DNA of 63,200 nt, counting the filler, from Vannella sp. (lineage: Eukaryota), in assembly GCA_023345925.1 (NCBI GenBank). It is 9 parts of 9 records of this genome, joined end to end, with 100 filler letters (N's around TTAATTAATTAA, not from the genome) between each part and the next. Parts side by side here need not be neighbours in the genome. Positions count along the whole stretch, not along the records: positions 47,957 to 60,848 come from JAJQQN010001006.1; 8 more parts are not named here. One strand, written 5' to 3'. This document shows, in pieces, positions 48,513 through 59,899 of this stretch; positions within the stretch are counted from its first letter, which is position 1, and the number at the start of each line of letters is the position of its first letter. A program made the translations under genes and the position numbers. The notes beneath the pieces were generated by a model. It did not search any database and had not been told where the DNA came from. It saw only the letters and a list, made by a program, of their open reading frames with translations.

Positions 48513-48633
48513 TGTGACTTTTCGCTTTGTACCATATCTCCCTCAGTTGGCCCTCTCTGGGCCAGAATTTGGTCAATCTGCAATAAGAACACTTTTTGGT
48601 CATCTGAAATGGCACTCTTGAGGGTCCCAGGAC

Positions 48634-49562
48634 ATGGTTCACCATTTTTTGTGGTCGGGAGTGGCTCTTGGGGGTCCGATGGCGTTGGGCGATCAGTACT
48701 TTGATGTTAGCCGGTCTGCGAACTTGCATGATGTAACACGGCAGTCCAACTGTTTCTACATTCCTTCAGCAACGGCGGAGCCGCTGATGTACGAAGGGAG
48801 AGTGGTGGGCGACATCTTGCAGGGAAATGCAGTGAATTGCGAGCTGATTGCGATCTGTCCTCACGGGAGTTGCACTCACACCGAATGTGTGGGTCACATT
48901 ACCCCAGAGAAGGTGCCAGTCGAGTGTCCCCCTCCTCTGATGTCTTCTGTCTTGGTTAGCGTTGAAACGATGGCCCTTGGTGACTCCGAGGACTCTTACC
49001 CTGCAGCTCACAACCAAGATGACCAGTGAGATACTCCCATGCTCTTAGCATCTGATCTAATCGCTCCTACAGGGCGATCACGTCAGAAACGCTTCGAGTA
49101 GCCCTTAAGGACTACTTAGGGAGCGATACCCTGCTCCTGGCGGTCCTGCTGCGAACGAAAGTGGGAAGCAAGAGTCGTGACATCAACTTCTCTGGCTCCA
49201 ATGCTCCGTTCCTCACTCCCCAAGCGATGGAACTGCTGGTGAAAGGGGGAGTTCGCCATCTCCTCGTCGACCTTCCTTCTGTTGATCGCGAGGACGATCA
49301 AGGCTTCCTCTCTGCACATAGTGTGTTCTTTGGCGTTCCAGCACGCCAACGTACTGATCCTGACAAACCTCCAGCTGCACGAAGCGCCACCGAAGTCGAC
49401 TCCAAACGAGAGGGCTGCACCGTAACGGAGCTATGCTACTTCGACGAGCACGTGCCAGATGGTCTCTACACTTTGAACCTTCAAGTGTCCCCACTCCTGC
49501 TTGACGCCATCCCTTCCCGCCCAATTCTCTTTCCCACCAATCCATTAGGGTTTAGGTTTTAG
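48634..49562 (+). CDS. Cyclase-family metal-dependent hydrolase (kynurenine formamidase KynB-like), 1 intron
   Basis: PHGSCTHTECVGHI, LLVDLPSVDRE, TELCY..VPDGLYTLNLQ..DAIPSRP. Confidence 0.82.
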
Positions 49563-49737
49563 GGAGTTTCGGATTACCCCAACGCGAGCTAGAGCGGTTC
49601 TGTACTTAAAGACTATGACACACAAGTGTAGTGCACTGCACTGGGCCGGCTTCCCTACGATCAGAGTTGGCGGTTGGCGGCTTAAGGTGAAATGCACCAT
49701 TTCGCATTTCACCTTCATTACCTGGTTGCTGCTTGAG

Positions 49738-51570
49738 ATGGGACATGGGTCGGACGGGGAACCAAGGGATAAGAAGCGTCGCAGGGAGGGGTCTGAACGT
49801 AAGGAGAAGTCACACAGGAAGAAGAGAAAGTCGCACGATGAGTCGGAAGAGTTGATGTGGGTGGAAGCGCCTTCTGTCCATTCGGAGGCGGTTGTGGCAC
49901 GATTACAGGCGGACGAAGCCTCTCCTGTACAAGCTGAAGCCGCTCCTGTTAAGACCCGTGACGACTGGATGACGAAGAGACCTGAACGACGTGAGAGACC
50001 TCCTCGTGAAGAATCAGTTGCTCCCTCGGACACCTATCAACCGTTAGAGCTGAATCCCTTCCTCCAGACTCAGAAGGTGGTAGAAGCTAACGATCGTGCA
50101 AAAAAGGAAGAGCCGAAGGCCATGCTTGTTGGCGATGGAGGCCGAAGCTGGAGGCAGAAAGCTTTGCAACGAGCTGCAGAGCGCGCTATCGATGAAAAAC
50201 GGCTCTTCTCTGAGGTTGTTACCGAACAGTTTGGAGATAAGTTCGCTCCTCAGCGCTCTAGAGACTCTTCTCAGGTCAATTCACGTGAACATGTTCGAAA
50301 CGCTGCCGAAGCCGAATCCCAGACTCACAAATACACACAAGAGGAGCTGCAGATGCCTATGAACCGCATCAAGGCCATGGCCATGAAGGCTAAAATGAAA
50401 GGAGATAACGGAGAGTTCAAGAGACTCCAAGCCCTTCTCGACAAAACACCAGAAGACATCCAAATGCTGTCAGGTCTCGACGAAAGAGGGAACAAGATTG
50501 CTGTCTCCCGGCAGCCAGTCAGTGCACCGCTACCAGCAATGACAGGAAAGGGAGAGAGACAGTCTTTCTTCTCAGATGACCACAGATCTCTCCAGGACCT
50601 GGTCAGAGAAGAGAGAATGGGCAACTTCTCCAATGAGACTTTGGCGAAGAACATTGTCCGCAATGCGTCTTACAAGGAACCTAATCTTGAAAGGGACGAG
50701 GAATACGATCCCAAATTATACGAATCCCATCAAGTCAGAAAGCAGGCTCAAATGACAGAAGAACAGCACAAGCAAACTGTCTTGGCCAAGCAAATCAAAG
50801 CCGATTCTTACCACCAGCAGCTCATAGATAGCTGCCGTCTTTGCTTCGGTAGGTTACTCCTACTCCTTTGGAGCGATACTAACTATTTAGTAGCTGGGAA
50901 GAGTATCGACAAGCGGTCCATCATCTCTTTGGGCAATTACTCTTACTTGGCTTTGCCCAAGTATGGTCAGTTGGTTCCTGGGCATTGTATTATCGTTCCT
51001 ATGGAACATTGTCTTTCTATGAGGAAAGCAGAGGACGCACTTTGGGATGAAGTGGAACGCTTTAAGAAGTTCCTTCAGCGCATGTTCAATGATAACCAAT
51101 TGGAAGCAGTCTTTATGGAGACTGCGTATCGCTTTAAGAAGCAACACCACACCACCATCGAGTGCATTCCTCTTCCCAAAGACTTGGCAGAAGATGCACC
51201 TTTCTATTTCTCAAAGGAAATGACTGATGTCGGCTCCCAATGGTCTTCTAACCCCAAACTAATCCACTGCAGGAAGAAAGGCCTCCGAAGAAGTATCCCC
51301 GAGAATTTTGAGTACTTCTACGCCGAGTTCATGACCGGAGATGCGTTCGCTCACGTGATTGACGGCGGGAAATTCAAGTCTGACTTTGGGCGGGAAATTA
51401 TTTGTGGCATTCTCGACCTTCCTTATGGAAAGGCGGTTCGTAGACGTGTTCTTGAAGTGCCTGAAATCCAACAGATGATCAAAGCCTTCCTTCCAATGTG
51501 GAAGCCGTATGACTTTACTCTCTTCTTGGATGACGAGCCCACCGCCTCGGAAGCTTCTTTGCAAGACTAA
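49738..51570 (+). CDS. CWF19L2: CWF19-like protein 2 (CwfJ C-terminal domains)
   Basis: VGDGGRSW, CRLCF, LVPGHCIIVPMEH, AVFMET, HTTIECIPLP, WSSNPKLI, FAHVID, FGREIICGIL, WKPYDFT. Confidence 0.92.
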   Translation: MGHGSDGEPRDKKRRREGSERKEKSHRKKRKSHDESEELMWVEAPSVHSEAVVARLQADEASPVQAEAAPVKTRDDWMTKRPERRERPPREESVAPSDTYQPLELNPFLQTQKVVEANDRAKKEEPKAMLVGDGGRSWRQKALQRAAERAIDEKRLFSEVVTEQFGDKFAPQRSRDSSQVNSREHVRNAAEAESQTHKYTQEELQMPMNRIKAMAMKAKMKGDNGEFKRLQALLDKTPEDIQMLSGLDERGNKIAVSRQPVSAPLPAMTGKGERQSFFSDDHRSLQDLVREERMGNFSNETLAKNIVRNASYKEPNLERDEEYDPKLYESHQVRKQAQMTEEQHKQTVLAKQIKADSYHQQLIDSCRLCFGRLLLLLWSDTNYLVAGKSIDKRSIISLGNYSYLALPKYGQLVPGHCIIVPMEHCLSMRKAEDALWDEVERFKKFLQRMFNDNQLEAVFMETAYRFKKQHHTTIECIPLPKDLAEDAPFYFSKEMTDVGSQWSSNPKLIHCRKKGLRRSIPENFEYFYAEFMTGDAFAHVIDGGKFKSDFGREIICGILDLPYGKAVRRRVLEVPEIQQMIKAFLPMWKPYDFTLFLDDEPTASEASLQD

Positions 51571-51617
51571 ATGAGCTTGTGCAAAGGAGATTGGACTGTT
51601 GGAAGTGCCATTCGCTC

Positions 51618-53052
51618 ATGCTCTTGAGGACGAGGAGGGGAATGGGAAAGTTCTACGCTGTTCGTTCTGGGAAGCGTCCGGGGATCTATAGAGAGTGGTA
51701 AGAGAGAGCTGTAGGGACACTGTGTCTTGGGCTGAAGCGAGGTGAAAGGGGGCAGTGCCAGGACCAAGTCCATGGCGTGCCGGAGGCGCAGTACCAGTCG
51801 TTCGCCACTCTTGCTCAAGCCACGGAGTGGATGAAAGATGTTCAACACGCTAATCAGGGCCACATTCAACCTCGCCGTTCTATCTCCACCGCTTCCTTCG
51901 CCCAGAAGGAGAACATCGCATTTTTGCCCGTCTACACGGACGGGAGCGCTCTAGGCAACCGGCGAGGAGGAACTGAAAGCCGTGCTGGATGTGGCGTTTA
52001 CTTTGGACCCGGAGACATCCGAAATCGGGCCGCTCGCCTGCCAGGAGAGATCCAAACGAACCAAAGAGCGGAGATCTTCGTTAGTTCCTCCCACGTGGAC
52101 TTCCTCTGCATCCTAACGCCTCTCCAAGGCGGCCATTATGGCCATAGAGAGTGCGGGCCTCGATCAGCCTCTGGAAGTGCGCACAGATAGCCAATATGTC
52201 ATCAATGGCAAGTCACTTTTCTTTTCTTCCCCGGATTAGCGCTGATTCGATGGACAGCAATGACAGACTGGGTATTCACTTGGAGACAAACGAGAGAGGG
52301 GTACAACCACGTGCAGAACGGCGATCTCTTCATGCGATTGGAGGATCTGTGCTCTCGTTCAGCGACTAGGCCTCGATTTGTAAGCAGTTTAGGGCACTCT
52401 CTGCTATCTTATTCTGATGACGTGTAAGGTCTATGTGCCAGCTCACTCAGGAGTGGCAGGGAATGAAGCTGCCGATGATCTGGCCAAGAGAGGTGCTGAG
52501 CTTCCTCCCAGTCCTCTCCCAACCCCAGAGTTGAACGCTGGAGATGGAAGCCAATCTAGAGAGTTTGGAGATGTATTCTATATGGTTCAGGTCAGCCCCG
52601 CTAAGAACTCAACAGAGAAAACCACAACGGGAGTTTGTTTTTTGCATGAGCCATTGACAGATGGAGAAATGATCAATTTAGCTTTCAAACGCCGGCTCTC
52701 TACTACCACGTTTGCTTTGGAGACGCGTGAAGGGGCGGAGCAAGTTTTTCAGACTCGCTGCTTTACTGTGATAGAAGAGATTCCCCAGTCCATTGTGGGT
52801 GTGTTCGCTATGGCTTGGGCAGCTTTCCAATCTTCAAGAGCGCAAACTCTTGGATCTATCACTGTCTTAGCCCGAGGGAATCTGACCTTAAGATGCCGCC
52901 TTTCGGGAGATTCCAATTCCTCAATCACAATATCTGCCGATTCACTCCCCAAGGCCAACCTTCTACTTGGCCCTCTTTCCCCATTCCAAACAGAGACTGA
53001 ATTCGAGTACACTGCTCATGTGCGCCTCCACACCCAAATGAACTCCGAGTAA
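51618..53052 (+). CDS. RNASEH1: Ribonuclease H1 (hybrid-binding + RNase H domains) with long C-terminal extension, 4 introns
   Basis: KFYAVRSGKRPGIY, YQSFATLAQA, VYTDGSALGN, QTNQRAE, TDSQYVIN, VPAHSGVAGNEAADDLAKRGA. Confidence 0.92.
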
Positions 53053-53313
53053 GACAAAGAGCTAAAAGTAGTCTGAGGGGCCGGATGGGCGTTGAGAATG
53101 TTGTCCTCCCTGAGATAGTGAAAGGTTGAGCTTCTCGTATGTCAAGTGAGTCAGGATAAAGATCAATCACAGGCTTTCGAAAGAACACTTGGGATCGAAA
53201 GGACACGTAGCACTCTCATCATAAGTACGTTATTATTGCATATTTCTTGTTCTGTCGAAGGGGAAGTGTCTATTTAGGCTTTTTGGGCGGTGGCTTGATG
53301 ATCATTCCCCAAC

Positions 53314-54609
53314 ATGCCCGAGTGTGTCTGCAGCATCCGACTTCCTAACTCCACTGAGACCTACTTTGTGACTGAGACCAATGTCACCCTCCACCAGTTC
53401 TGCGAGTTTGTTCGCAGCAACGTCCTTCAAGAGTTCCCAGAAGCCTCTCTTCTCTTGAATGACTCTCCTCTTGATAATGAGGAGTCGTTGGTGGCTGCTC
53501 TTTCTTCTGGATTCCTCTCTCTCACTGCCCTTCTCCCTGTTCCTGAGGTTCCTGAACCCGTTCTCGTCGAGGATGCACCCTCGGTGGTGAAGGCCCTCCT
53601 TCAACGCTTCAAGGTCGAAATCCCTGAGCACATTGACCAACTGGGACTCATCCGCCTGTTGCCCTTCCCCATCTTCCAAGACCAGTTCTCTTCGCTCATC
53701 GCTGACGTAGCCGCTGCTGAGAAGGCTGCTCGCCAAGTAGCTCGCTGCCTGGGAGTATCAGAAGACCAATTCAGCAGCGAGGTCCTCTCCACCATTGAGG
53801 TCTACCAAGCCCAACAAGCTATGGAGGCAGCCAACAAGGCTGAAGCTGAGCGCGCTCTTGCCGCTGCAGCTGTCCTCGTCGAGCGTCAGCTCTTCGGCCC
53901 AACCCTTCGAAAGCTCATCGCCCGCGTAGGCATCGACGTCCACACTCTCAACACAGCTTCTTTGTATGATCTGGTCAAGTCTCTTCCCATGAAGTACAGT
54001 GGCCGCTTCCAGGGCAAGTGCCCTTCTCGCTTGCCCGAGAAGATCCGCCGTCTCACCCCGAAGGTCGCTTCTCGCCTCAGCATCCCCATGTACTTGTTGA
54101 TTGAAGAGGTGGAGCACGTTCTCACCACTCTTCCCATCTCTTCTGCGCCCCTTGAAGGTGACCACAAGCGCCGTTGCGGACGGTTCCGACGAGAGGAGGT
54201 CAAGCAGCAGGAGCAGAACGAAGCAGTCCAAGCGAACTTGGTTGTCCACGCTGCCACGTGCGATAAGTGCAACACAACCATCCGTGGCATCCGCTACAAG
54301 TGCCTTGTATGCCCTGACTATGACTTGTGCGCTACTTGCGAGGAAGCTAACACAGACGAACCCTTCCACCAAGAGGATCACGTCTTTGCCAAGCTCCTCA
54401 CTCGCCAGGCTTACTGGAGCGTCTTGAGCTTGATGAAGCCAAACAACGCCCGTTGCACTGGAGTCTTCCAACGCCCTCAGCCCAACCATCCAGCCCACCC
54501 ATCCCCCATCCATCACGGCTTCAGGGCTGAGCGACAGCAAAGAATCGTCTCTCTGGAGGAGTCTGTCAAGTCCCTCCAAGAACAAGTCGCCAAGTTGATG
54601 GCGGAGTGA
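53314..54609 (+). CDS. ZZ-type zinc finger protein (p62/NBR1-like ZZ)
   Basis: HAATCDKCNTTIRGIRYKCLVCPDYDLCATCE...HQEDHVF; C-terminal short coiled coil. Confidence 0.85.
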   Translation: MPECVCSIRLPNSTETYFVTETNVTLHQFCEFVRSNVLQEFPEASLLLNDSPLDNEESLVAALSSGFLSLTALLPVPEVPEPVLVEDAPSVVKALLQRFKVEIPEHIDQLGLIRLLPFPIFQDQFSSLIADVAAAEKAARQVARCLGVSEDQFSSEVLSTIEVYQAQQAMEAANKAEAERALAAAAVLVERQLFGPTLRKLIARVGIDVHTLNTASLYDLVKSLPMKYSGRFQGKCPSRLPEKIRRLTPKVASRLSIPMYLLIEEVEHVLTTLPISSAPLEGDHKRRCGRFRREEVKQQEQNEAVQANLVVHAATCDKCNTTIRGIRYKCLVCPDYDLCATCEEANTDEPFHQEDHVFAKLLTRQAYWSVLSLMKPNNARCTGVFQRPQPNHPAHPSPIHHGFRAERQQRIVSLEESVKSLQEQVAKLMAE

Positions 54610-54673
54610 ACATAAACTGAACAGTCGAACCCTTTTCCTCTTCCCTTCACTTCACTTCTTTCCTCCCCCAACC

Positions 54674-54886
54674 ATGGGCAAGCGCACCCGAGACATGCTC
54701 AATTCCGAAGTAGAAGATGAAGAAAGACCCTCCAAGCGAGTCTGCTCTGCACGAGAGGAAGGACCAACTTCCATCACCCTTCGCCAACCAGCCCTGGAAG
54801 ACACAGCTCCACCCAACCCTTACGCCCAACAGAACGCGGATCGGAAGCAAGCTTTTCTCGAAGCAAGAGCTCGACGTGAGAAGTAG
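54674..54886 (+). CDS. Small hypothetical protein (70 aa)
   Basis: ATG-initiated ORF filling the gap between two genes; basic/acidic composition. Confidence 0.45.
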   Translation: MGKRTRDMLNSEVEDEERPSKRVCSAREEGPTSITLRQPALEDTAPPNPYAQQNADRKQAFLEARARREK

Positions 54887-54990
54887 CTGGAGAGCTCTCG
54901 AGCCAAGACCCTTTCTGAGGGCTTTCTCAGAACGCTCGATTGGTGGCGCTCATTGGAGGCTTTTCTGTCATTCTCTCTCCTCCCTTTGCC

Positions 54991-56001
54991 ATGACAAAAG
55001 ACAGTAACGCACTCGCAACGAGAATGAAAGCTTATGAGGCTCAATCAGAGTCTCGCCTTGATCGCACACGCCCTTTCTTGGTTCGTTTGGATGGGCACGC
55101 GTTCAGCAAGTTCACTAAGCAGTTCAAGAAGCCTTTCGATACTCGCAGTGAGTCTCTAGTGTTGGTTTAACTGCATCTACTGACGAAAGCAGTCCACAAC
55201 GCGATGGCACTTGCCACGGCAGACCTTGTAAGCTACTTTGATTGCGCTACGGGGTTCACCCAAAGCGACGAGATCACTCTTGTGTTCCCTGCTGCTGTAA
55301 CGTCAGTTGACTTGGAGTACGAAGCGCAGAACCCTTCACAAACGCCAAAAGCGATGATCTTCAACGGACGGAGGCAGAAGATTGCCTCGCTTGCAGCTGG
55401 ATACTGCTCTGTGCGGTTCAACTACCATCTTCAAGCTCAACCAGATGTAGAGGGAGACCCTGAGATCGTAGGTGAAGCTCTTCTTTGTTTGTTAACGTGC
55501 TCACAACACTTGCAGCTCAGGGGCAAGCTCAAGGGGATGGTAGGGTTCTTTGATGCTCGCGTCTTCAATGTTGATAACGATAACGAACTCTTAAACAACC
55601 TCATATGGAGAAGCAGATATGACTGCGAGAGGAACAGCACTTCCATGCTTGCCCAAGCGCACTTTGGAGGGAAGCAGCTCCATGGCCTATCAAGATCCCA
55701 GCAGCGCGAGAAGCTGCTTCAAAAAGGGATTGATTGGCACGCTCAACCCAACTGGTTCAAGTACGGTGCTTTGATCAAGAAGGAACTTTACGAGAAACTC
55801 TCGAAAGACCCCCGCACGGACAAAGAGGTTCTTGCCACCCGCACGCGACTCGTTTTGAGGTCCTTCCGCCTAAGTGAATTCCACCCTACTCTTGTATCCA
55901 CTCTCACCACCAAGTACTGGGAATCATCTTTCCAAGCCTTTGCTCTCGAAACCGAGCTGCTTGTTGACACCCAAGAAATAACTGACCGTTATGGACAATA
56001 A
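54991..56001 (+). CDS. Thg1-like protein (TLP; 3'-5' nucleotidyltransferase), 2 introns
   Basis: RMKAYE, VRLDGHAFSKFT..KPFD, TQSDEITL, FNGRRQK, FDARV, WRSRYDCERNS. Confidence 0.92.
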
Positions 56002-56130
56002 AAAACAATTCAAAGCCCCTTGGCTGGCAAGAGGTCAACATACCATCTTACAACGGCTTTCTGATTGGTCCAAGTTTGAAAGCTTGGCGGATGATTGGCT
56101 GGAGGGGCAGTGTTGTTTATTCCTGGGTGG

Positions 56131-59100
56131 ATGGCGTCTGTGCCTGCAGAGCTTGACTTCAACGCACTCCTGGATAAGGATGATGTGGATAGCATCTTCT
56201 CGTTAGAAGTGGAGATCGCCTCTGGGTCGTTCGGGACTGTCTACAAGGTGAGCTGGCTGTTGGTGACCGGTTCGCCTTGATTCTCACCAAATAGCGACGA
56301 AGGGTACCTACTTGCCAACAGGGGAGACTATGGCCATCAAAATCATCACACCAGACGAGGATGAGATCCCTGAGGACCTGATGATTGAAATCGCTCTCCT
56401 CAAGAAGTGCCAGCACCCCAACATTGTCAAGTACTTTGGAGGCTACCGCAAAGGAGACGAGATCTTCGTAAGAATGACCCGCCCTATGCGTGCTTGTTGT
56501 CTTCGTACTCATTCCCCTTCAGATAGCGATGGAGCTCTGTAACATGAGCACGAGGGACATCTTTGAGTATGAAGAGGACCCTCTACTGGAAGAGGAAATC
56601 GCTGCCATCTGCCATGGATCTCTCACGGTCAGCACTTCCCCTCCTGATGAGAGGAGTCGCCTAACGTGTTCCCACAGGGTCTGGCGTACATGCACGAGTC
56701 AAACTTGATTCACAGAGATATCAAAGCAGCCAACATCCTTATCACTGACTCTGGACACGTGAAGCTGGGTTAGTATAGAACGTTGTCTTGGGGAGCTCCT
56801 ACTCACATGACAGCTTTCTAGTGGACTTTGGAGTGTCTTCTCTCAATGCAGCTAAGGCTAAGACCTTTGTGGGAACTCCTTATTGGATGGCTCCTGAGGT
56901 TATTGACGCAAAGAGTGGAATGACCACGTATGGTCCAAAGGTAGGCCCTTCTGCCCTCTCCTCCTCCTCCTAGTACAACCGAATAACCATACACGACGTG
57001 TAGATTGATATCTGGTCGCTGGGAATCACTTGCATTGAGTTAGCCGAGACCACACCTCCCCTTTCGTACATCAACCCCATGAGAGCTCTCTTCCAGATCC
57101 CTGCACGTGATTCTCCTGTCTTAGAGAAGAAGGAGAAGTGGTCTCCAGAGTTCCACGACTTCCTAGCGCAGTGTCTTGAGAAGAACCCCAAGAAGCGCCC
57201 AACTGCTCTGGAGTTGCTTGAACACGCGTGGCTGAAGAACCGCAACTTCTCTCAGATACTCAGTGAACTTGTTAAGCGCAAGAACAAGTTGGAGAACTGC
57301 TACGACTCCGACGAGAGCGAATCAGCAGAGTTCCTTGACGAAGAGGAGATGAAAGAGTACCTCGCTGTCGACACCCCTAGCGCACCCAGCACACCCGTCG
57401 CTCCCTTGGGATACAGGGGTAGCACACCCATCACTCCGTCTTATTTATCTTCAACATTCGAGTCGATGCTGAGTGAACCAGCTCCTCCGCCTCCAACAGA
57501 TATGGCTCCTTTGCCTCCCCCTCGCACTGCACTGAATGGACTACAACCACAAGGAACCTACTCAGCCCTTCCTTCTTACCTTACAGGAGCTGCTCCTGTT
57601 CCAGCAGCCCATGTCCGAGCCCAATCGGTCAGTAGCTACCTTGTTCCTGACGAACCAGCTCCACTTCCTCCGACTGCCAGTGCCCCTGGCACGCCACTGT
57701 CACACAGAGAAGACATAACCGCCTCTCCCTCCACAAATAGACCTAACAATGTGCCCAAGAAGGGCCGGTCCACTCTGAAACGCCCTGCACCAACACACAA
57801 GAGCACAAAGAAGTCCAACGAGGGCAACATAGCCCTGCGGGGGCGAGCCAACAAGCAGGTCATCAAACAGCAGATGGGAGTACTACGAGAGCTTGGAGCC
57901 AAGGCACAGAGACGCATGCAGAAGCAGGAACGAATCCATGCTCGTGAGCGAGAGCAAATCATCGAGCTTCATAAGCGCCAGGCGGACACTATCTTGCGCA
58001 ATTGCGATGTCACACGAAAGAACGTTGAAAAGCAACACAAAACCGACCGTGAGACGATTGGCAAGGCTCAAGTGAGAGAGCAAAAGCAGCTACAGAAGGA
58101 TGGAGAGGGGCGCGAGCGAAACTTGCTCAAGGTGATTCGCGAGAACGATAAGATGCTGATTAAGACACACACTGCCAATCAGAAGCAGCTTCAGAAGGAA
58201 CAGAAGCTCAAGGTCAAGCAGTCCAAGAAAGGGTTGTCTGCTGCTGGACTGAAAGCAATGAAGAAAGAGCAGAAGGTCGAAGTGGGTCTCAATGATATGA
58301 TGCACGCCTTGATGCTGGCCCGTGAGCAGAGATTTGAAGAGACAACGCTTGAATGGGAGAACAATCTCAAGTTTGACAAGCTTCTCTGGGACCAGCTCAT
58401 CCAAATACAGAAGCAGGAGGCCGAGCAATTGCAGCAAGTCGTCCAACATGAGGCAGAGGTTCTCTCCCAGAAGTTTGCCAATCAGACCGAAGAGTTCCAG
58501 AAAATCCAGCCCCTTGTTGTTAAGCAGCAGCGAGAGGCTCATGAGCTTCAGCAAAGTAATCTCCGGTCTCAATTGCAGGTCGAGAAAGATCAGCAGATGG
58601 CCCTTCTCCTGGCTGAGCATAAGCGACTGACCAAAGAACATCGAGATATGAAGAAGAAGATGGGCAAGGAGGTTGATGATAAGAACCGTCAGTTGGCAAA
58701 GTCGATGAAGAGCAAAGTAAATGCTCGCACAATCGCGCAAGAGTCAAGGAATCTGCTATTACAACAGACGCAAGAGCTTGATGAAGAGTTTGATGGAAGA
58801 ATCGGCGAGCAGCGAAAGATTGAAGAAGAAGACATTGACAATTACCAAGCCCGCATCTTCCAACAGTTGCTTGACAGACACAAAGAAGAGCAACTGGAGT
58901 TGGACAATGTTCAAGCCAAGGAAGAACTTGAGCGAACAGAGGAGGAGATGTCCACCCGCAAACTGACCACCGATGACCACCACGAGCGTGAGCAAGCCCT
59001 CTTAGACAAGCACCACCAAGAGCAAACTGCTATCCAAGAGAAGCAGCACGCAGACAAGCTCACTTTGCTCCGTAACCAGCACAAGAACTGTATTTCACTG

Positions 59101-59418
59101 GTCGAGACACAGCGACAAGAGTTATTGAGCTTCCTCCAGAAGCAATTGGGAGACGAAACCAACAAGGACTTCTGCGATCGAGTGGAAAACGAGATTAAGG
59201 ATGTTCTGGAGCAACGCCAGCAAGAGAATCACAAAGCTCAAAGCAAGGTTTCGGAGCTTCTTGAGTCAGAGCAGAGAGACCTCAAACAAGTTCAGTTTCA
59301 GATCAAACAACAACTCGAAGACGAACACCGCGGCCAACGGGCAAAGCTCGAATCTCACCACCCAAGCAGCACTTCCCTTCTCTCTTTGACTAACGCTTCC
59401 TCTGTCTCTTTCGCATAA
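56131..59418 (+). CDS. STE20/GCK-group kinase with long C-terminal coiled coil (SLK/TAO-like), multi-exon
   Basis: [66 protein letters not shown]; ~500 aa Q/E/K-rich tail. Confidence 0.93.
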
Positions 59419-59899
59419 ACAATTTATTTACTACTCTTTGTTGTTCGGACTCTCTGTGACTGCGTCCTTTGTCCTCCAGTTGTGGATTGTTTGAATTCTA
59501 TCAGATGGCGGAATCCGAATCGATCTTATGTTGTGTTGGCGGGAAAGAGAATCACTTGTTGCAGGCTGTCACTCTATGGAAGTGAATACTATACGATGTG
59601 CATCCCAGAGCAGGTGGGTTCCTCTCAGAAGTCTCACTCCTCAAGGAAGCCGAGGCCTCCATTCATCTTGAGAGACTTGTTCGAGGGATCTCCTTAAAGC
59701 TGAACAAAGCCTGGAGGAAACTGCTTTCTCTCACTGTGTTATGAAAAGAAGCAGGTGAACTCTCGTCACTCTCGTGAAATGAGGAAGGCTGAAGTTCCTT
59801 CCACTTCCTAGTGGAGGATGGAACCCAGGGTTTAGGGTTTACGGTTAACTAAGTTTCGGTAGGTAATCCGGTTTTTCGCGCGAATTGGTCATTTGTTGG

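Noticed and set aside
50849..50893. Odd hydrophobic inserts within ORFs (e.g. GRLLLLLWSDTNYLV in CWF19L2, VGEALLCLLTCSQHLQ in the TLP)
   Set aside because: These are stop-free in-frame GT-AG introns read through by the ORF finder, not protein insertions or recoding.
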